Origin: Vitrella brassicaformis CCMP3155
Lineage: Eukaryota; Protista; Chromerida
Direction: 5' to 3'
Length of the DNA stretch: 64,000 bases
NCBI GenBank assembly: GCA_001179505.1
Contig: CDMY01000266.1
Coordinates: 1-64,000 of the forward strand
This document shows, piece by piece, positions 38,801 through 51,559 of this stretch. A program made the translations under genes and the position numbers. The notes under the pieces are model-generated. The model was not told the DNA's origin. It saw nothing but the letters and a program-made list of their open reading frames with translations, and ran no database searches. How positions within the stretch are numbered: position 1 is the stretch's first letter; each line of letters starts with the position of its first letter.

Positions 38801-41800
38801 CATCCGAGATCGAGAGCCTCCCACTTGCCGTCGTCACAGTAGAGCTTGGTGCTGTGCACCTGCACCCCCAGGCCCGCGTCGTACCCCTCGGCACACTTGA
38901 GCTTCCGCCAGTCGCCGTGAAGCTTCCCCTCCCCCTCGATCTCATACGCCCACGCCGGCACGGGAAGCGGGAACTCGGGACAATCACCTGCATTAAGAGC
39001 ATTAACATACACACAAAGGGAAAGAGTACACCATTGTTTCTCTGTTGTGCCTGCTGACCTTTGCAGTCGAGCAGAGTTTCGGTCCAGATGCCGTCATCGC
39101 ATTTGATGACGTCGCGGCCGTATGGCGGCCCCGATGCGCTCGACATGCCCTCCTGGCACCTCACATGCACGAGTGTGTCGGGGGGAGACGTGGCCCCGGG
39201 GGGGAACCCCTCGTCCGTCACGTACACATAACGCTCCGGATTCAGCACCAAAGGGCCACACTGCTCTGCGATGCAGAGGCACACAGAAAAAGGAAGGCAT
39301 CCATTCATCCATCCGCCCACGCTGTCTGTGTTGGCATGGCTCACGTCGGCAAAAGAGGTTGACGGCGGTGAAGTTGCCCTGCTCGCAGTATACGGTGGTG
39401 GGCTGGGCTGTCCCCAAGACCGGCTGGGTGGGCCGCCCAGCGCCGGGGAGGCCCCGCGAGGCCTTGTTGGCCACCCCACACATGAGAGTGACGCACCCCC
39501 CAGAGGGGAAGGTGTCGGGGGTGGAGGAAGGGTCGCTCTTGGCCAGGATGTAGTACCCGTCACTCGCTTTGAGCCACTCACGCATGTCGTTGTAGTCACA
39601 TCTCTCTGAGACAAGCAAACACAAAGAGAGAACACACAGAGAGAGGGAGAGGGATGGATGGAGACACATGCATGGTGACGCATAAGTACTCACTCTCGCA
39701 TCCGAGGGTGACAGCGGTGAAGGTGCCGTTGATGCAGGTGATGTGCTGCCTCCCCTCTCTCAGCTCCTCGGGCGCCTCCCCGTACATCATCTGCAAAGCC
39801 TTCCGGTGCTCAGCGTCCACGTCGGCGTCGATGTCGCACAGGTGACGCACCCCTGCGTCGCTCGAGCAAGACACCCGTAGCTGCGTGCCGTGGGGGAAGG
39901 TGCTGCTGAGCAAAGCCTGCCAGGCCACCGTCTGGCCCGCTGCATCGACAAGGGCTTCAGATGGGGCGGGCGGGGGCATGATGCCTCCCCTGTCCTCTGC
40001 TGTCTCTTCGGGAGTTTTCTTCTCCACAAAGGTCAAGGAAGGCATCCGCTGGATGAGCGCCTCTTTCGTGCACTCGCCTGAGTGAGAGATATAGACAGAC
40101 AGCCGAGAGAGCAACCAGCCAGCCGCTGGTTGTCTTTTGTGTGCTCTGCTCGCTCACTTACGTCCGCATCTCAGCCATATCTTCGACCAGGACTCGTTGA
40201 TGCATTTGGTGGTGGTCAAGTCGGTCTCGATGCCCGTAGCGGGGTGCCACGACTCCCCAGCCACGTCAGACGACCGGCACTTGAGCTTCACCTCCGTCTT
40301 GTGCCGGGGATATGCGCTCCAGTCGATCCCACCGGTCGTCTCGTTGACTATGAGCGTGGCGTTGGGCCCGGCTAGGACCTTTGCTGCGTCTTGGGGTTCG
40401 GCTGGCTCGTACTGATAGGCAATGGGGCAGAGCATGTGTTCGAGCGGAGGGGGCGCATCGGGGTGTGGGAGGAAGTAGAGCAGAGGGCAGGCACCTGACG
40501 AGCAAAACCAACCAACCACAGCAACCAGCCACAGCAGTGGACGCATTGCATTCCCTCTCCACCCTCCTTGGCGTACGTCTGCACACGATGGCGAGGAACG
40601 ACCAGTTGCCTTCGCCGCACACGACAGCGGCCGAGTTCTGCCCCGCCACAGGGAAGAAGCCGTCCTCCGTCGCACAACGGACGGACCGCAGAGTGCCCGA
40701 CTTGAGGGGCCTGGCGTAGGGGAACGGGGCGAATGGCGGCTCGGACGTCACCACATATCCCGGCTTAGCAGTGTACTCGCGGGGACAGGGACCTGACACA
40801 GTCATGAGGTCATTTTGCAGGTCTTTGGTGTTTGGTGTGCGTCCGTTGGTACGTTTGCAGATGAGCGTCTTGTCGGTGTAAAAGCCGTCGAGGCACCGGA
40901 TGACCTCCCACTGGATCAGCGTGTCCACGTCCGGGGTCCGCCCCGCCGCACACGTGACGTTGATCTCTGCCCCGTGGTGCCACGCCACCTGACCGCCGCT
41001 TGGCGGGCGGATGAAGGTCGTCACATACGCCGGACCCAGGTGTGGAGGCCCCTCGCAGTTCTCTGCAAATAACGGAGAGACAATTGGATGAAGTCCGTGC
41101 GTCGCTCGCTGCCTCCCCTTCTCTCTGCCTGGTTGTTGTATCCCTCTGTCACTCACTCACTCACTCACTCATGCAGACGAGTAGGAATGGTGTCCACCTG
41201 CCATGGCTGCAGGTGATCCGCTCGGGTGTCTCTGCCTGCGCGGGATAGTACCCGTCACGACACGAGAGCTCGACTGAGAATAAAAGCCTCAAAACATTGG
41301 TCAGTGAGGGAATACATGAACTTCTGATCTTACAGGTGCTGCCGTGCGACCGCTCCCGGTACGCCACATGGCCGGTGCCCTCTTGGGTCAGCTCCAGGCG
41401 ATACCGCTCTCCGGAGAAGGACGGCAGGGGGTCGCAGTACTCTGCAAAAGCCACCCACCCAACACCCATTTGCAAGCTGGTGGAGGTCGATGTCTCTGCT
41501 CGCTCACTGGCACATTCGAATGTGTGGGCGCTCCATCTGCCGTCGACGCAGTAGACGTCCTCAGTTGTCACATCCCGGCTCGTGGGGCTGCCCGCTCCCA
41601 GATCGCATGACAATCTCCGCCTCGACCCATGTGCCAGTCGTCCGTTGCTAGGAAATGACTCGACGTGATAGAGAGAGGGCAGCGCGGGAAAGGATGGGCA
41701 GTCCGCCGCACAGTCAAGTGTCCGCTGATCGAAGGACCCAAACCTGCACTTGAGCAGGTCAGCGGCCGCTGTATCCACCCCGGGCCCCTCTGTGCCGTTG

Positions 41801-44800
41801 ACAGCCATGGGAGACGCACCAGGGGCGCACTCCAGCCGCACCTCAGAGTTGTGATACACATACGGGGGGATGCCCCGCCACCCTCTCGCCACGTTCTGGT
41901 TCTCGAGGGGCTTGGGCGCTGGGGGCGGGTTGATGAGCTCCTGGTAGGTTGGCCTGAAGGATGTGTGGCCGATGTCTGCGGCGTAGGTCCACTCCTGTGT
42001 GTATCGGGGGTTGCGCCCGAGCGTCTTGAAGAGGTCTGTGGGGCAGGAGGGTGCGCACTCGAGGTTGGCGAGCTCCCACTGGTCGATGGGGTTGACCGCG
42101 CCCACACAGGTGATGTTGACGGCCTCGTCCGATGGATGTCGCACGTCGAGCGACACACTGTGGTAGCCGAGGGACCTGTCGCACCTACGCACAATACAAT
42201 ACCATGCACGAGACTGCACACAGAAATGAACAACGTCGCCGACTGACCTCACAGTGACAACGGTGAGAGGTCTGAATGTGTCGGGGTAGCGCTCGGGGTT
42301 GTCGGGGTCTGGCAGCGCTGGCGACCAGAGGGAGTAGTTTGCTCGCCGGAGAGCCACCAGGTAGTCGCTGTCACACGTGCCTGCATGACAACGTGATATG
42401 CATGCCACACACTGCGAGAAGGCCTTCAAGGAAACGCTCACGTCGACATTCGAGCGTTCTGGCCGTCCAGTGCCCCTCAAGACACGTCAGCACATCGGTG
42501 TCATGAGCCGTGATGGCCTCAAACGACTGTGCCGTGTCGCACGCAATGGTCCGGGTGGCCCCGTGCGAAAGGTCCAGGCGGTCGCCCTCAAACACGTAAC
42601 CCTCATAGGGCAGGAAAGGCTCCTCCGTACAGGAGGCTGACACACACACACAGAGAGAGAAGCCGTGTGTGCAGGAGAGGCAGGCAGGCAGGCGGACCTT
42701 TGCATGTGAGCTTGGGTGTCTGGTATTCCGACTCGGCGCACAGGATCTGTTCGGCGGTGGTGTTGGGGGTGATGGACATGTAGCCCTCTGCGCACTCGAC
42801 CCTCGAGACGTCCCCGTGTTTGTTGCCGCCGTAGGTGACCTTGTAGCCCTTCCTCTCAGACATCGGCAGCTCCGCCTCACCTGGACAATGCTCTGATATG
42901 CAAACACACACACACGCACACACACATACACAAGAAATAGTGGGTAGAAAATGGGCAGAGACACCTACAACCCACCGATGCATTGAAGGGTGAGTTGCGG
43001 CGTCCAGTGTCCCGACACGCACCAGACCATCTGTGTGGCCTCTGAGCACTCCTCCCCCCGGTTGCGACAGAAGGGCACCGCCTCCAGTGGGTTGCACCCG
43101 ATCTCGATCCAGTCCCGGTTGGCCACCACGTCCTGCAGACGACCGCTGCCCTCTGCCGTGTGGGAGGTCCGCAGAATCAGATAAGGGGAGGGAGGCGGCT
43201 CGTACGGCGGACAGGGGCTGTCACAAAGACAGACAGACAAACAGGTGTGAGCCAGCCATTGTGTGTGTCTCTTCGTTTGCTGTGCTGACTTTCGCATACA
43301 AAGTTGAGAGGGGTCCACTCGCCGTGTAGGCAGTAGACAATGGCGTACTGCGCGTGGCTGCTGGCGGCGTGTGGCTCCACACAGCTGATGTTGCGGTAGG
43401 ACATGTGCTCCAGCGACTCCAGGGATCGCGGCTTGACACCGGCGGGCAGAGACACGTGATACAGACTGTCACCCAAGTCGGGATACTCTGGGCACTTGTC
43501 TGTCACACACACGCGCGCGCATTGGGTGCACTGAAGCCCTGTTGTGTCTCTGTGGGGGTACCAGACCTTCGCAGTGCAGTCCCGGTTCGGTATATTGCCC
43601 ATCGACACAGGTGACAGTCCGCTCGACGGGCGGTATGCCCAAGGTGACCTCTGCGCCTCCCTTGCACCTCACCTTGACCACCGTGCCGTGGGCCTTGTCG
43701 TGCGTCTCGGGGCCCGACACGGCATACGGCAGGCCCTGACGGTTCACCTCTTCCATGTAGGGACGAACGCAATCCTCTGACAGAGGGAGACAAAGAGAGA
43801 ATTGGGATTGGTCCGCTCTGTTCGTGTGGCGGCCGAACTTTTGCAGACGGTCTCAGGCGGCATCCACTGGCCGTCGCTCTCGCAGTAGATGATCTCCTTC
43901 TTCCGGTACCGCCTTGTCGACGAGTACCCCCGCTGGCACGCCAGCACACGGTAGTCCCCCGCCGCGCGACCCTCTGTGCCCTCGTCGTACTCCGTCGTCA
44001 AATGCCTCTCGTTGAATTTGTACTTTTCGATGTACCTGCCCCACGCAGGACACAACTCTGAGGAAGAAGACAGAGAGAGAGGGAGAGATGCGCGCAGGGG
44101 TGGGGCTGGGTGTGTGCTCTGTGTGTGTGTGTGTGTGTTTGCTGACAGCTGTTCTGACTTCTGCAGTTGCATGCGCAGTTGGTCTCGGCTTCCGTCTTGT
44201 CGCCCCCATCGCACTCCTCACCAGACTCGACTATGCCGTTGCCGCATATGGCCGTCCGGCCTGCACGAAGACGATCCACAGCACAAACACACACACATGC
44301 GTCGTGGTGGGCATACAGGACGTTGTACTTGAACTGTATACCTAGAATGTAGTTGAGGTCTCTCACGGCTTCGGGCATCTCCTTTTCCGGCTCGAATGTG
44401 CGGAAGGGGATGGCCGCCAGCCGCACGTCACCTGCAGCCATCCACATGAAGCATGGGTGGACGTGCTGGTGAAAGAAATGGGCTGGCTACCCAACCGTGG
44501 AAGCAGTTGAAGTCGTCTGCGTCGCATCCGATGGATAAACCTGCCAGTCTCGGTCAGATTGGCCGTCGTCCCCTCGGTCGCCAGCAGACGGCCCCCTGCC
44601 GGCGTCAGCTCCTTCTCCTCGCGAAACACGTGCACCTGCACGCATCAAAGCTCTTGACGTCACCCATCGTGTGTGTCTTAATTATACACACATACTCGGT
44701 AGTTTCCATCGGCAGTAGGCGCGATTGTGAAGCCATACAGCTGCGGGCGGCCCCAGCAGGCGCTCACCATCACGCTCTCCCGCGACATGGGGACATCTAC

Positions 44801-46068
44801 CGCCCCCTCAGCCCCCTGGAACCGTCTCTCCAGCTGCCCGTCCCTCTCCACCAGCACCACGCGCCCACTCGTCCTTCGGCCCTTGTGGTTGTTGCTCTCC
44901 GAAAGCGATCCGAAAGCCCCAGCGGTGTCTCTCCGCCGCCTGAGGCTGCCGTCCTCTTCCGCCATTGCCGTCACGCCACCTCCTCCCTCTTCACTCGTCG
45001 TCTCGCTGATGACGGGAGCCAGTGGGTTGGCCTCCACTTGCACGCCGATTCTCATCTTGCCGATGGCCCTCAAGGGCCAGGGCTCGATTACTATCTGGAA
45101 ACGGCTGTCTGTCCCGCTGTCGAATAGAAGTGTCCGGCGTGCGGCTGTCTCGCCGTCCACATCGACGTAGATAAAGAAGCTCCAGCCGGGCGCTAGGGTG
45201 GCCATGGGGTTGATGGCCGGGGGCGGCATTATGGACAGGCGCGACACATTTGAGCGCAGCAGCGGCCCCTCGACGCCACGGTCTCCGCCGGAGAAGCGAA
45301 GACCAAAACTGTAAGTACAGAACACACAAATAGACGCAGACACATCTGTGGCTTTCCCACGTATGTGACGCACGAATGCACACATTACACTGACCCTTCG
45401 ACGAGCTGTGGCGTCTCCTCGGTGTTTGGCGGTACGAATGCGACAGGGAGTGTCTTTGGGGATAGTGCGTCTCGCCAGCGTTTGACGTCCCGCGTGTCCC
45501 CCTGCACCGTGACGAACTCCCGCAGGCCGATGAGGGTGGTGCCCTGGCCGTACATACGCTCGCAGGCCTTGATCTCCGCTGCAGATGACACTGCACAAAG
45601 AAACACCTAGCCGTGAACTGCTTTGCACTGGACTCGGTTGTTACCTGGTGATGGTGATGGTGTCTGCCTCTGTGCGAGGGTGAGCATTTGCGCCTGCCTT
45701 TGCCTCAGGTGCTGCAGATGCGACGCGTTGACCTGTGTGAAGCCTCCCGTGGCCATCTGGCTCCCCCACACCGTCCTCGATGCCTCCAGCATCTCCAAGT
45801 CTGTCAGGCCGCCACTGCTGTGCACCATCCTGTCTTCGCCCTTTTCGCTGGCCGTCATGTGCAGCATAGAGGTGGCGTCGTCGCCGCCATCCAGATCAAC
45901 GCCTTTGAGTAGGGTGACCGACGTCACGGTAGATATGTCCGCAGAGGAGATCAGAGTCGGAAAGCCGGTGACCGCAAGAGCGGCCATTGCAAATGCGGCT
46001 GGGAGAGCTCTCTTTCTCAGCAACACTTGCATCTGCATCATCTCCGGAGAGAACAGAGGAGCATCCAC
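32976..46068 (-). CDS. Giant secreted multi-sushi/CCP-like protein with a Cys-rich CGNG..E.GEECD motif
   Basis: Hydrophobic leader (ALPAAFAMAALAVTGFP), multibasic sites, ICGNGIVESGEECDGG, then ~22 modules of form C-P...HG...(V/I/L)xC...xC.DG.W....L.C, e.g. DCPEFP...HGDWRKLKCAEGY...YCDDGKWEALDLGC. Many short repeat-rich introns and one 2.3 kb exon. A single-gene model is inferred, and there is an apparent frame break near 37955. Confidence 0.75.
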
Positions 46069-46118
46069 CCCTGTGCGAGCTCGTGCCCCCGGCAGCCCCC
46101 AGTCTCACCCGTCTCACA

Positions 46119-47522
46119 ATGCGTCTCCTGGCGTTGTTCGCTCTCTTCCAGGTGCGCAGGGGTGCGGGTATGTGTGTGCCAGTGCACCCAATGCTCTCTA
46201 TTTGGTTTGTTCGCTCAGGTCTGTTCGTTGTCCAGCGCCTATGAAGGCGAGGAAAGCGTCCACGATGCCGTGGAGGCCTCTGCATCCCTCGACAGCTACA
46301 TGGCCAGCGTCATGGAAAAGGCCAAGGCGGGCAAGGGGTATTGGATGAGGATGGGTGAGCTCCGCGCCATCAACCCCCAATGGGTCAGCCCATTCGTCGA
46401 GGTGACCGGGGGGCTGTTCGGCGTCCGCAACACCACGCAGAACGTCATCAACGACTACATCAACTACATCGCCAACGGCACCTTCGACTCGCGATTCGGC
46501 ATCATGTACTACCACCACCGAGACATGCTCCCCGAGTGCACCGACGACGCCAGCGTGTGTGTGTACCTGTTCGAGCAGACGGGCGGCGACGGTCACTCGG
46601 GGCGCTACAAGGCCTTCCCCGCTGAGCAGTGCAGGGGGTGTTGCGAGTTCTCAGGCATCGGCGGCCACGAAGCAATGTCACTTCGGATACAAGTCAGCCC
46701 CACCCTACCGACCGATGAATGAAGACACGCCATACGGCATTCTCTCTGCGTTGTATGTCATGTCTCAGGGTGTGGCCAATGTGACGCTATTTGAGCTGCC
46801 GGGGTGCGAGCCAAACCGCCTGAATGAGGGTGCGTGGCAGCTGCCGGAGCCAGCGTATCGGTGGCACTTTACACATAGCGACAGGGAGCGCGACGGCATC
46901 TTTTTTGACCTCACCGAAGACACACTGTGTGCGGAGCCGACCCTCGTGGTGATCGGCCGGACGGGCGGGCAGGTCCACAACCTGTGGCCGCTGCCAGACG
47001 ACCAGGAATACGCGTAGGCATCCATTTCTCCATCTGCACGCACAGACACATACATGCGCACCATCGTGTGTTGTGTGTGATGTCTCAGGCGGCTGTGGCG
47101 AGACATCAACAATGACCTGAGCGAGGAGAGCCTGGCTGACGTGCTGCAGCCTGATGCTGTCTTCGAGAGCAGGGTGCTGCCCACACTCAAGGAATGGTTC
47201 CACCCAATCGTGCCGCTGTCGAAAGTCGGTCTGCACCACACAGACACGCACACACACACACACACCACACGGGACAAATTGCATTCCTTCTTCTCTGTCC
47301 GTGTGTGTGTGTCAGGAGTACTTCGAGCGCACTCTGAGCAACGTGATGAAGGACACGACGTCCACCCAGGCCAAGGCTGAGTTCCAGAACTATGCATTCG
47401 ACAGCCAAAACCAGCGCATCCGCTACTATGCCATGCGGTTCCCCAAGTGCACTGTGCCGTGTGACGTCGACTGCCGCCCGGCGAACCTGGGCTTCAGGTC
47501 CCTGAGGATCACTGTGCCTTGA
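46119..47522 (+). CDS. Secreted protein of unknown function
   Basis: Signal peptide MRLLALFALFQ/VCSLSSA, then five in-frame exons (…YWMRMGELRAINPQWVSPF…CRGCCEFSG…CTVPCDVDCRPANLGFRSLRITVP*). Confidence 0.75.
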
Positions 47523-47758
47523 TTGACAGATAGGTGCTGCCATGGGGGGCTGGACTACATAACTACCATTATGCTTTAGATAGATATACAGGACATGTAC
47601 AGGACATAACATAACACATAACACGCATGTGTCTTGACACACGGAGGAAAGTGAATGGCCGTTCGGGGCACCACACACCAACAAAGAGCGCCACACACGC
47701 ATGGATGCAGCCTCCCTCGCCCATCCATCCATCCATCCGTCCACTCATCGTCTATACA

Positions 47759-49326
47759 TCATGTGAGCAGCTGTTCAGCTGAGTTGTAGAGCGAGCCGAT
47801 AGTGTAGCCAGCGAAACGGGAGAACCGCAGGCCTGCAGGGGAGGGAGCGAGGGAGGGAGCGAAACAAGTTGTGGATGGATGGATGGCTGGATGGATGTGT
47901 GTGTGCGTCCGCTGTTGTCTGTCTGTCGTACCTGCACTTCGTGCGTGGTTGCCTTTCCGGTCGGTGCCGGCCCATGTGATGAAGATCTGCACGCACCACG
48001 GCACACACACAGACATACATCAATGGTGACCTGCCCGCTATGGGACGATAACAGCTGGCCACCTTGAGGTTGTCCGATTTGTCCCAATTCTGCCCACACA
48101 TTCCCTGAGACGCCCTGATGAAGGCACGCACGCATCACATGCACACGGGAGACGCATATATGCAACCCAACACACACGCCTCAGCTTGCTCAATCAACTG
48201 TCCGGTCACTCACCTGCCCCCTGTCTCAGTGAGCGTGAAGTTTCCAATTGATGGCTCTGGTGGGTCGTCATCTAGCTGCTGAAAGAAGACAGGCGACTCC
48301 CCCGGAGCAACGTCCCTCGACACGCTCCCCTCAATCACGTCGAGACCTTCATCTTCTTCGCCAACCGGCGCCGCGGTCGTCACGTCAGTACCCTCTTCTT
48401 GCAGCCTTCTGCCGGATGCGGCTGTGTCAGTAAGCGTGATGACGTCCGCAGACTTGAGGCACTCCTCAGAGTTGGAGGCGCAGGGCGAGTAGCATCCGTT
48501 GTCCCATACGATGGAGGTGATCTTGCCCTTGTCCAGGTTGATCACGGCGTTGACGAAGGGCGCGACGTACTTGTCGGTCGCCCAGATCTGCGGACACGAC
48601 ACCCTCTCCCGCCGCCGGTCAGTGTCGCTGTTGCACTGAGAGAGGCGCGCCGACAGAAAACAAAGAGGGAGGCATCTGTCTGTCAGATGTCGTGTGTTGG
48701 TGGTGGGGTTGTCTTTGAACTCACTTTGTAGGGCGACGCATCGTCGATTTTGAGGGCCATCCACGTGTACACAGGTGTCACTGCTGTTCTGTTCCCGTCG
48801 GGCACGCTCTCTATCAGGGCCTTCTGGGCTGCAGCACAGCACAGCACAGCACAGCGCAACACAACGCAACGCAACGCATCACAACGCACGGACAGCCGGT
48901 CGCCTTGATGCCTTCCTTCACAATGGATGGTGTGTGTGTGTGTGTTGTGTTTGTCGGCCTTACTTCCTTTGAGCACCAGACCAGTGTATCTGTCCACTTG
49001 TACTTCGAAAGCCATGAGCTGTGGGAAAGGATGAGTGCTCACAAACACACACAGCTGCACCTTGTCGCCCTGCACACAGACAACACAACACACAGAGGAC
49101 ACCAGTGCACTCTCACTGACATGGGCTGATCTCGTTCATCTCCTACATCTCCTACATCTCATACCAGCAATACGCTTCCTGCATCCTTGACTCTGCAGCT
49201 GAAGCTCAATTGGTCGGGCTGGGTGTTGTTTTGGGTGTCGTTGTTCTGACCCATGCATCTCCACAAACACCCGAGAGCCAACAGCACATACAGGAATATC
49301 CTCTTCGTTGCTCGTGTGAGCGCCAT
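47759..49326 (-). CDS. Secreted protein of unknown function with an internal RRLQ site
   Basis: Signal peptide MALTRATKRIFLYVLLALGCLWRCMG; exons incl. VAPFVNAVINLDKGKITSIVWDNGCYSPC, GRRLQ plus an acidic stretch, and terminal VQIFITWAGTDRKGNHARS/AGLRFSRFAGYTIGSLYNSAEQLLT*. Confidence 0.75.
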
Positions 49327-49552
49327 GTTCGCTGCCGATAATCTCCACGCCGCGGCCATCGAAGATGCGAGCTCAGAAGATGGTCGACCCCGAGCTCGCA
49401 CTAATGATGGGGGACAAAGTGTCCCAGCTGAATTGGGTCAAATCTGAGCTCGCCTTTGGCGGGAGAAGTGAAAGGGAAGGGAAGAGGAATTCACGGCAGA
49501 AAGCCGTCCAAGAACACACACCACATGTCCAACATAGCTACTGCGATTCACA

Positions 49553-50860
49553 TCAAAGAGAGCTCGGATGCCTCATCGGGCCCTGGCAAGCTCGCACACT
49601 CCGTCGTATGCACAAAGTCCCCCGGCTTATCGTGGGCCTTTTTCAGGTGCTGGCCAAGGTATTTGTACGATTTGCCGCAGATCTTACAATAGTACTCGCC
49701 ATCACTGCGTACCCATTGCACACATCACACAGGTGATGGCTGCGTGCGCGTCTCCTGTGCATTCTGCCTACCTGTTGGGACGGCCCCACATCGACTTTTT
49801 GGTAGGACTGGCCCTCATCCCACCACGCTGCATCATACACATCATGTGTTCAGTTAACACGCTCTCTTGTGTCTCCGTTTACCTTCTGCATCGACTTTCT
49901 GTAGCCCTCATCGCCGTGCTTCCTCCTCTGGGCGTCACAGCTTTTGCTCGCAACCTGACACACACACATACGCCGTCCATGTCTCTCTCTCTCTGTTTGT
50001 GTGTGTGTGTGTGTGTTGGTATGTCGGTGTCTTTCGACCGTGCTCATGTGCGCGCAGAATGCCGCCGGCCCGCCCAGGTTGGCTATCTGTGTTTCGATGC
50101 CGATGGGGCCGGCGATGAGGCCGCCGGTGCGGCCAATCTGACCCACACACACCACACACACGAAACACACAATCCATCTGTCTGTCTGTCTGTCTGTATG
50201 TGGGTGTCTTTCGACCGTGCTCATGTGCGCTGAGAATGCCGCCGGCCCGCCTAGGATGGCCATCAGATTGGCGGCGCCGGTGTGGCCAATCTGATCCACA
50301 CACACACCACACACACACACCACACACACACACCACACACACAATCCATCCATGTCTCTCTCTCTATGTGTGTGTGTCGGGGGTGTTGTGTGTCAGCTGA
50401 CATTGGAGAAGTGCTGGTGGATGGCCGCCGGCCCGCCCAGGTTGTTCATCAGATTGGCGGCGCCGATGGGGCCGCCGATGCGGCCGCGGTGGGTACGCAA
50501 GTCGCTCAGCAGCTCCTCACCGGAACTCCAGAAATATCCCTCGCCGGTACGGAAGACGGGCATAACGCGGTGCGGCACCGTATAATTCGCTGCGTATAGG
50601 GCAGAGCAGATGGCGAGGTTTTTCTCGTACTCCTTCAGCGTGTCGCTGTCCTCCAACAGCGGGAATGACATCACGCGCTTGATATAGCCGGGATGAAGGG
50701 TCCGCCCAGAACGCATCCCGAGCTGCAGTGCCGCAGACAGATATAGACGCATCTGGATGCTATGTATCTTACCTACCTTGTCGAATATAGGCTTTGTGTG
50801 TTTCTCTGCGTCTTCGCCGACGAGCAAACCGTAGCGCCTCAGGTGTCGGTGTGCCCTGGT
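49553..50860 (-). CDS. Protein with exon-encoded Gly-rich repeats and a C-terminal C2H2 zinc finger (5' end not resolved)
   Basis: In-frame splicing gives …GRIGGPIGAANLMNNLGGPAAIHQHFSN/IGHTGAANLMAILGGPAAFSAHMST/IGRTGGLIAGPIGIETQIANLGGPAAFCAHMST/VASKSCDAQRRKHGDEGYRKSMQK/RGGMRASPTKKSMWGRPN/SDGEYYCKICGKSYKYLGQHLKKAH. Confidence 0.7.
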
Positions 50861-51559
50861 GAACTCTAAAAGAGCTTATGAATTGGATATGAGTCAATGG
50901 TACTTGTGACATAACAACAAACTTCTCAATCTGTTCAATGCTGAACCACTGGTTGCTTGCATCATGATAACGTAACCTTCATTTCATTGACCACACAGAG
51001 CCTGTTGTGTTCGCCATCGCATTGTGCGTGCGATAGCACTGCATTCATTCACCGCATTCGGTATCATCCACCCCACCAGTCAGTCCCTCCCATCCCCCCG
51101 ATCCGATCCCCGTGATCGACGCTGTGCTGTGCTATGGTGCGATGCTGTCTGTCCTATCGACACACATCCATCCAAACTTGACGGAGGCAGGCACAAGAAA
51201 AGCACACACCAGCATCCATCACATACATCAAGACACTTGTGGGTGGGTGGCGACGGATGGACACCGTTGTGACATGTACGCCCACGCCTCGCTCGATTGC
51301 TCGTCAAAACCCGACGGACACCGGGCCAGAGCCAGCAGCCTCTCTGCACACTACACTACTAAAGGCACAGATTAGGTCTCTCTCTCTCTCTCTCCCTCCC
51401 TCCCCGCTACCCTGACCCGACCTTGCCTGCCTATCGACATCATTCCCACTCATATACACACACGTACACAGACAGATGTGCACACGATTGATTCACAAAG
51501 AAGGCTCGGTAGATACAACGTCGAGCAATGCAATTCAGTGCAATGACTGTATGATGTCA

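Noticed and set aside
50400-50480. AANLMNNLGGPAA resembles the class A beta-lactamase SDNxAAN...LGGP helix
   Set aside because: No SxxK, SDN or KTG motifs, and the segment is one unit of an internal repeat.
50500-50860. RAHRHL…LKEYEKNL…GEG spacing suggestive of a GIY-YIG nuclease
   Set aside because: No GIY/YIG motif was found upstream; the resemblance is too weak without a profile search.
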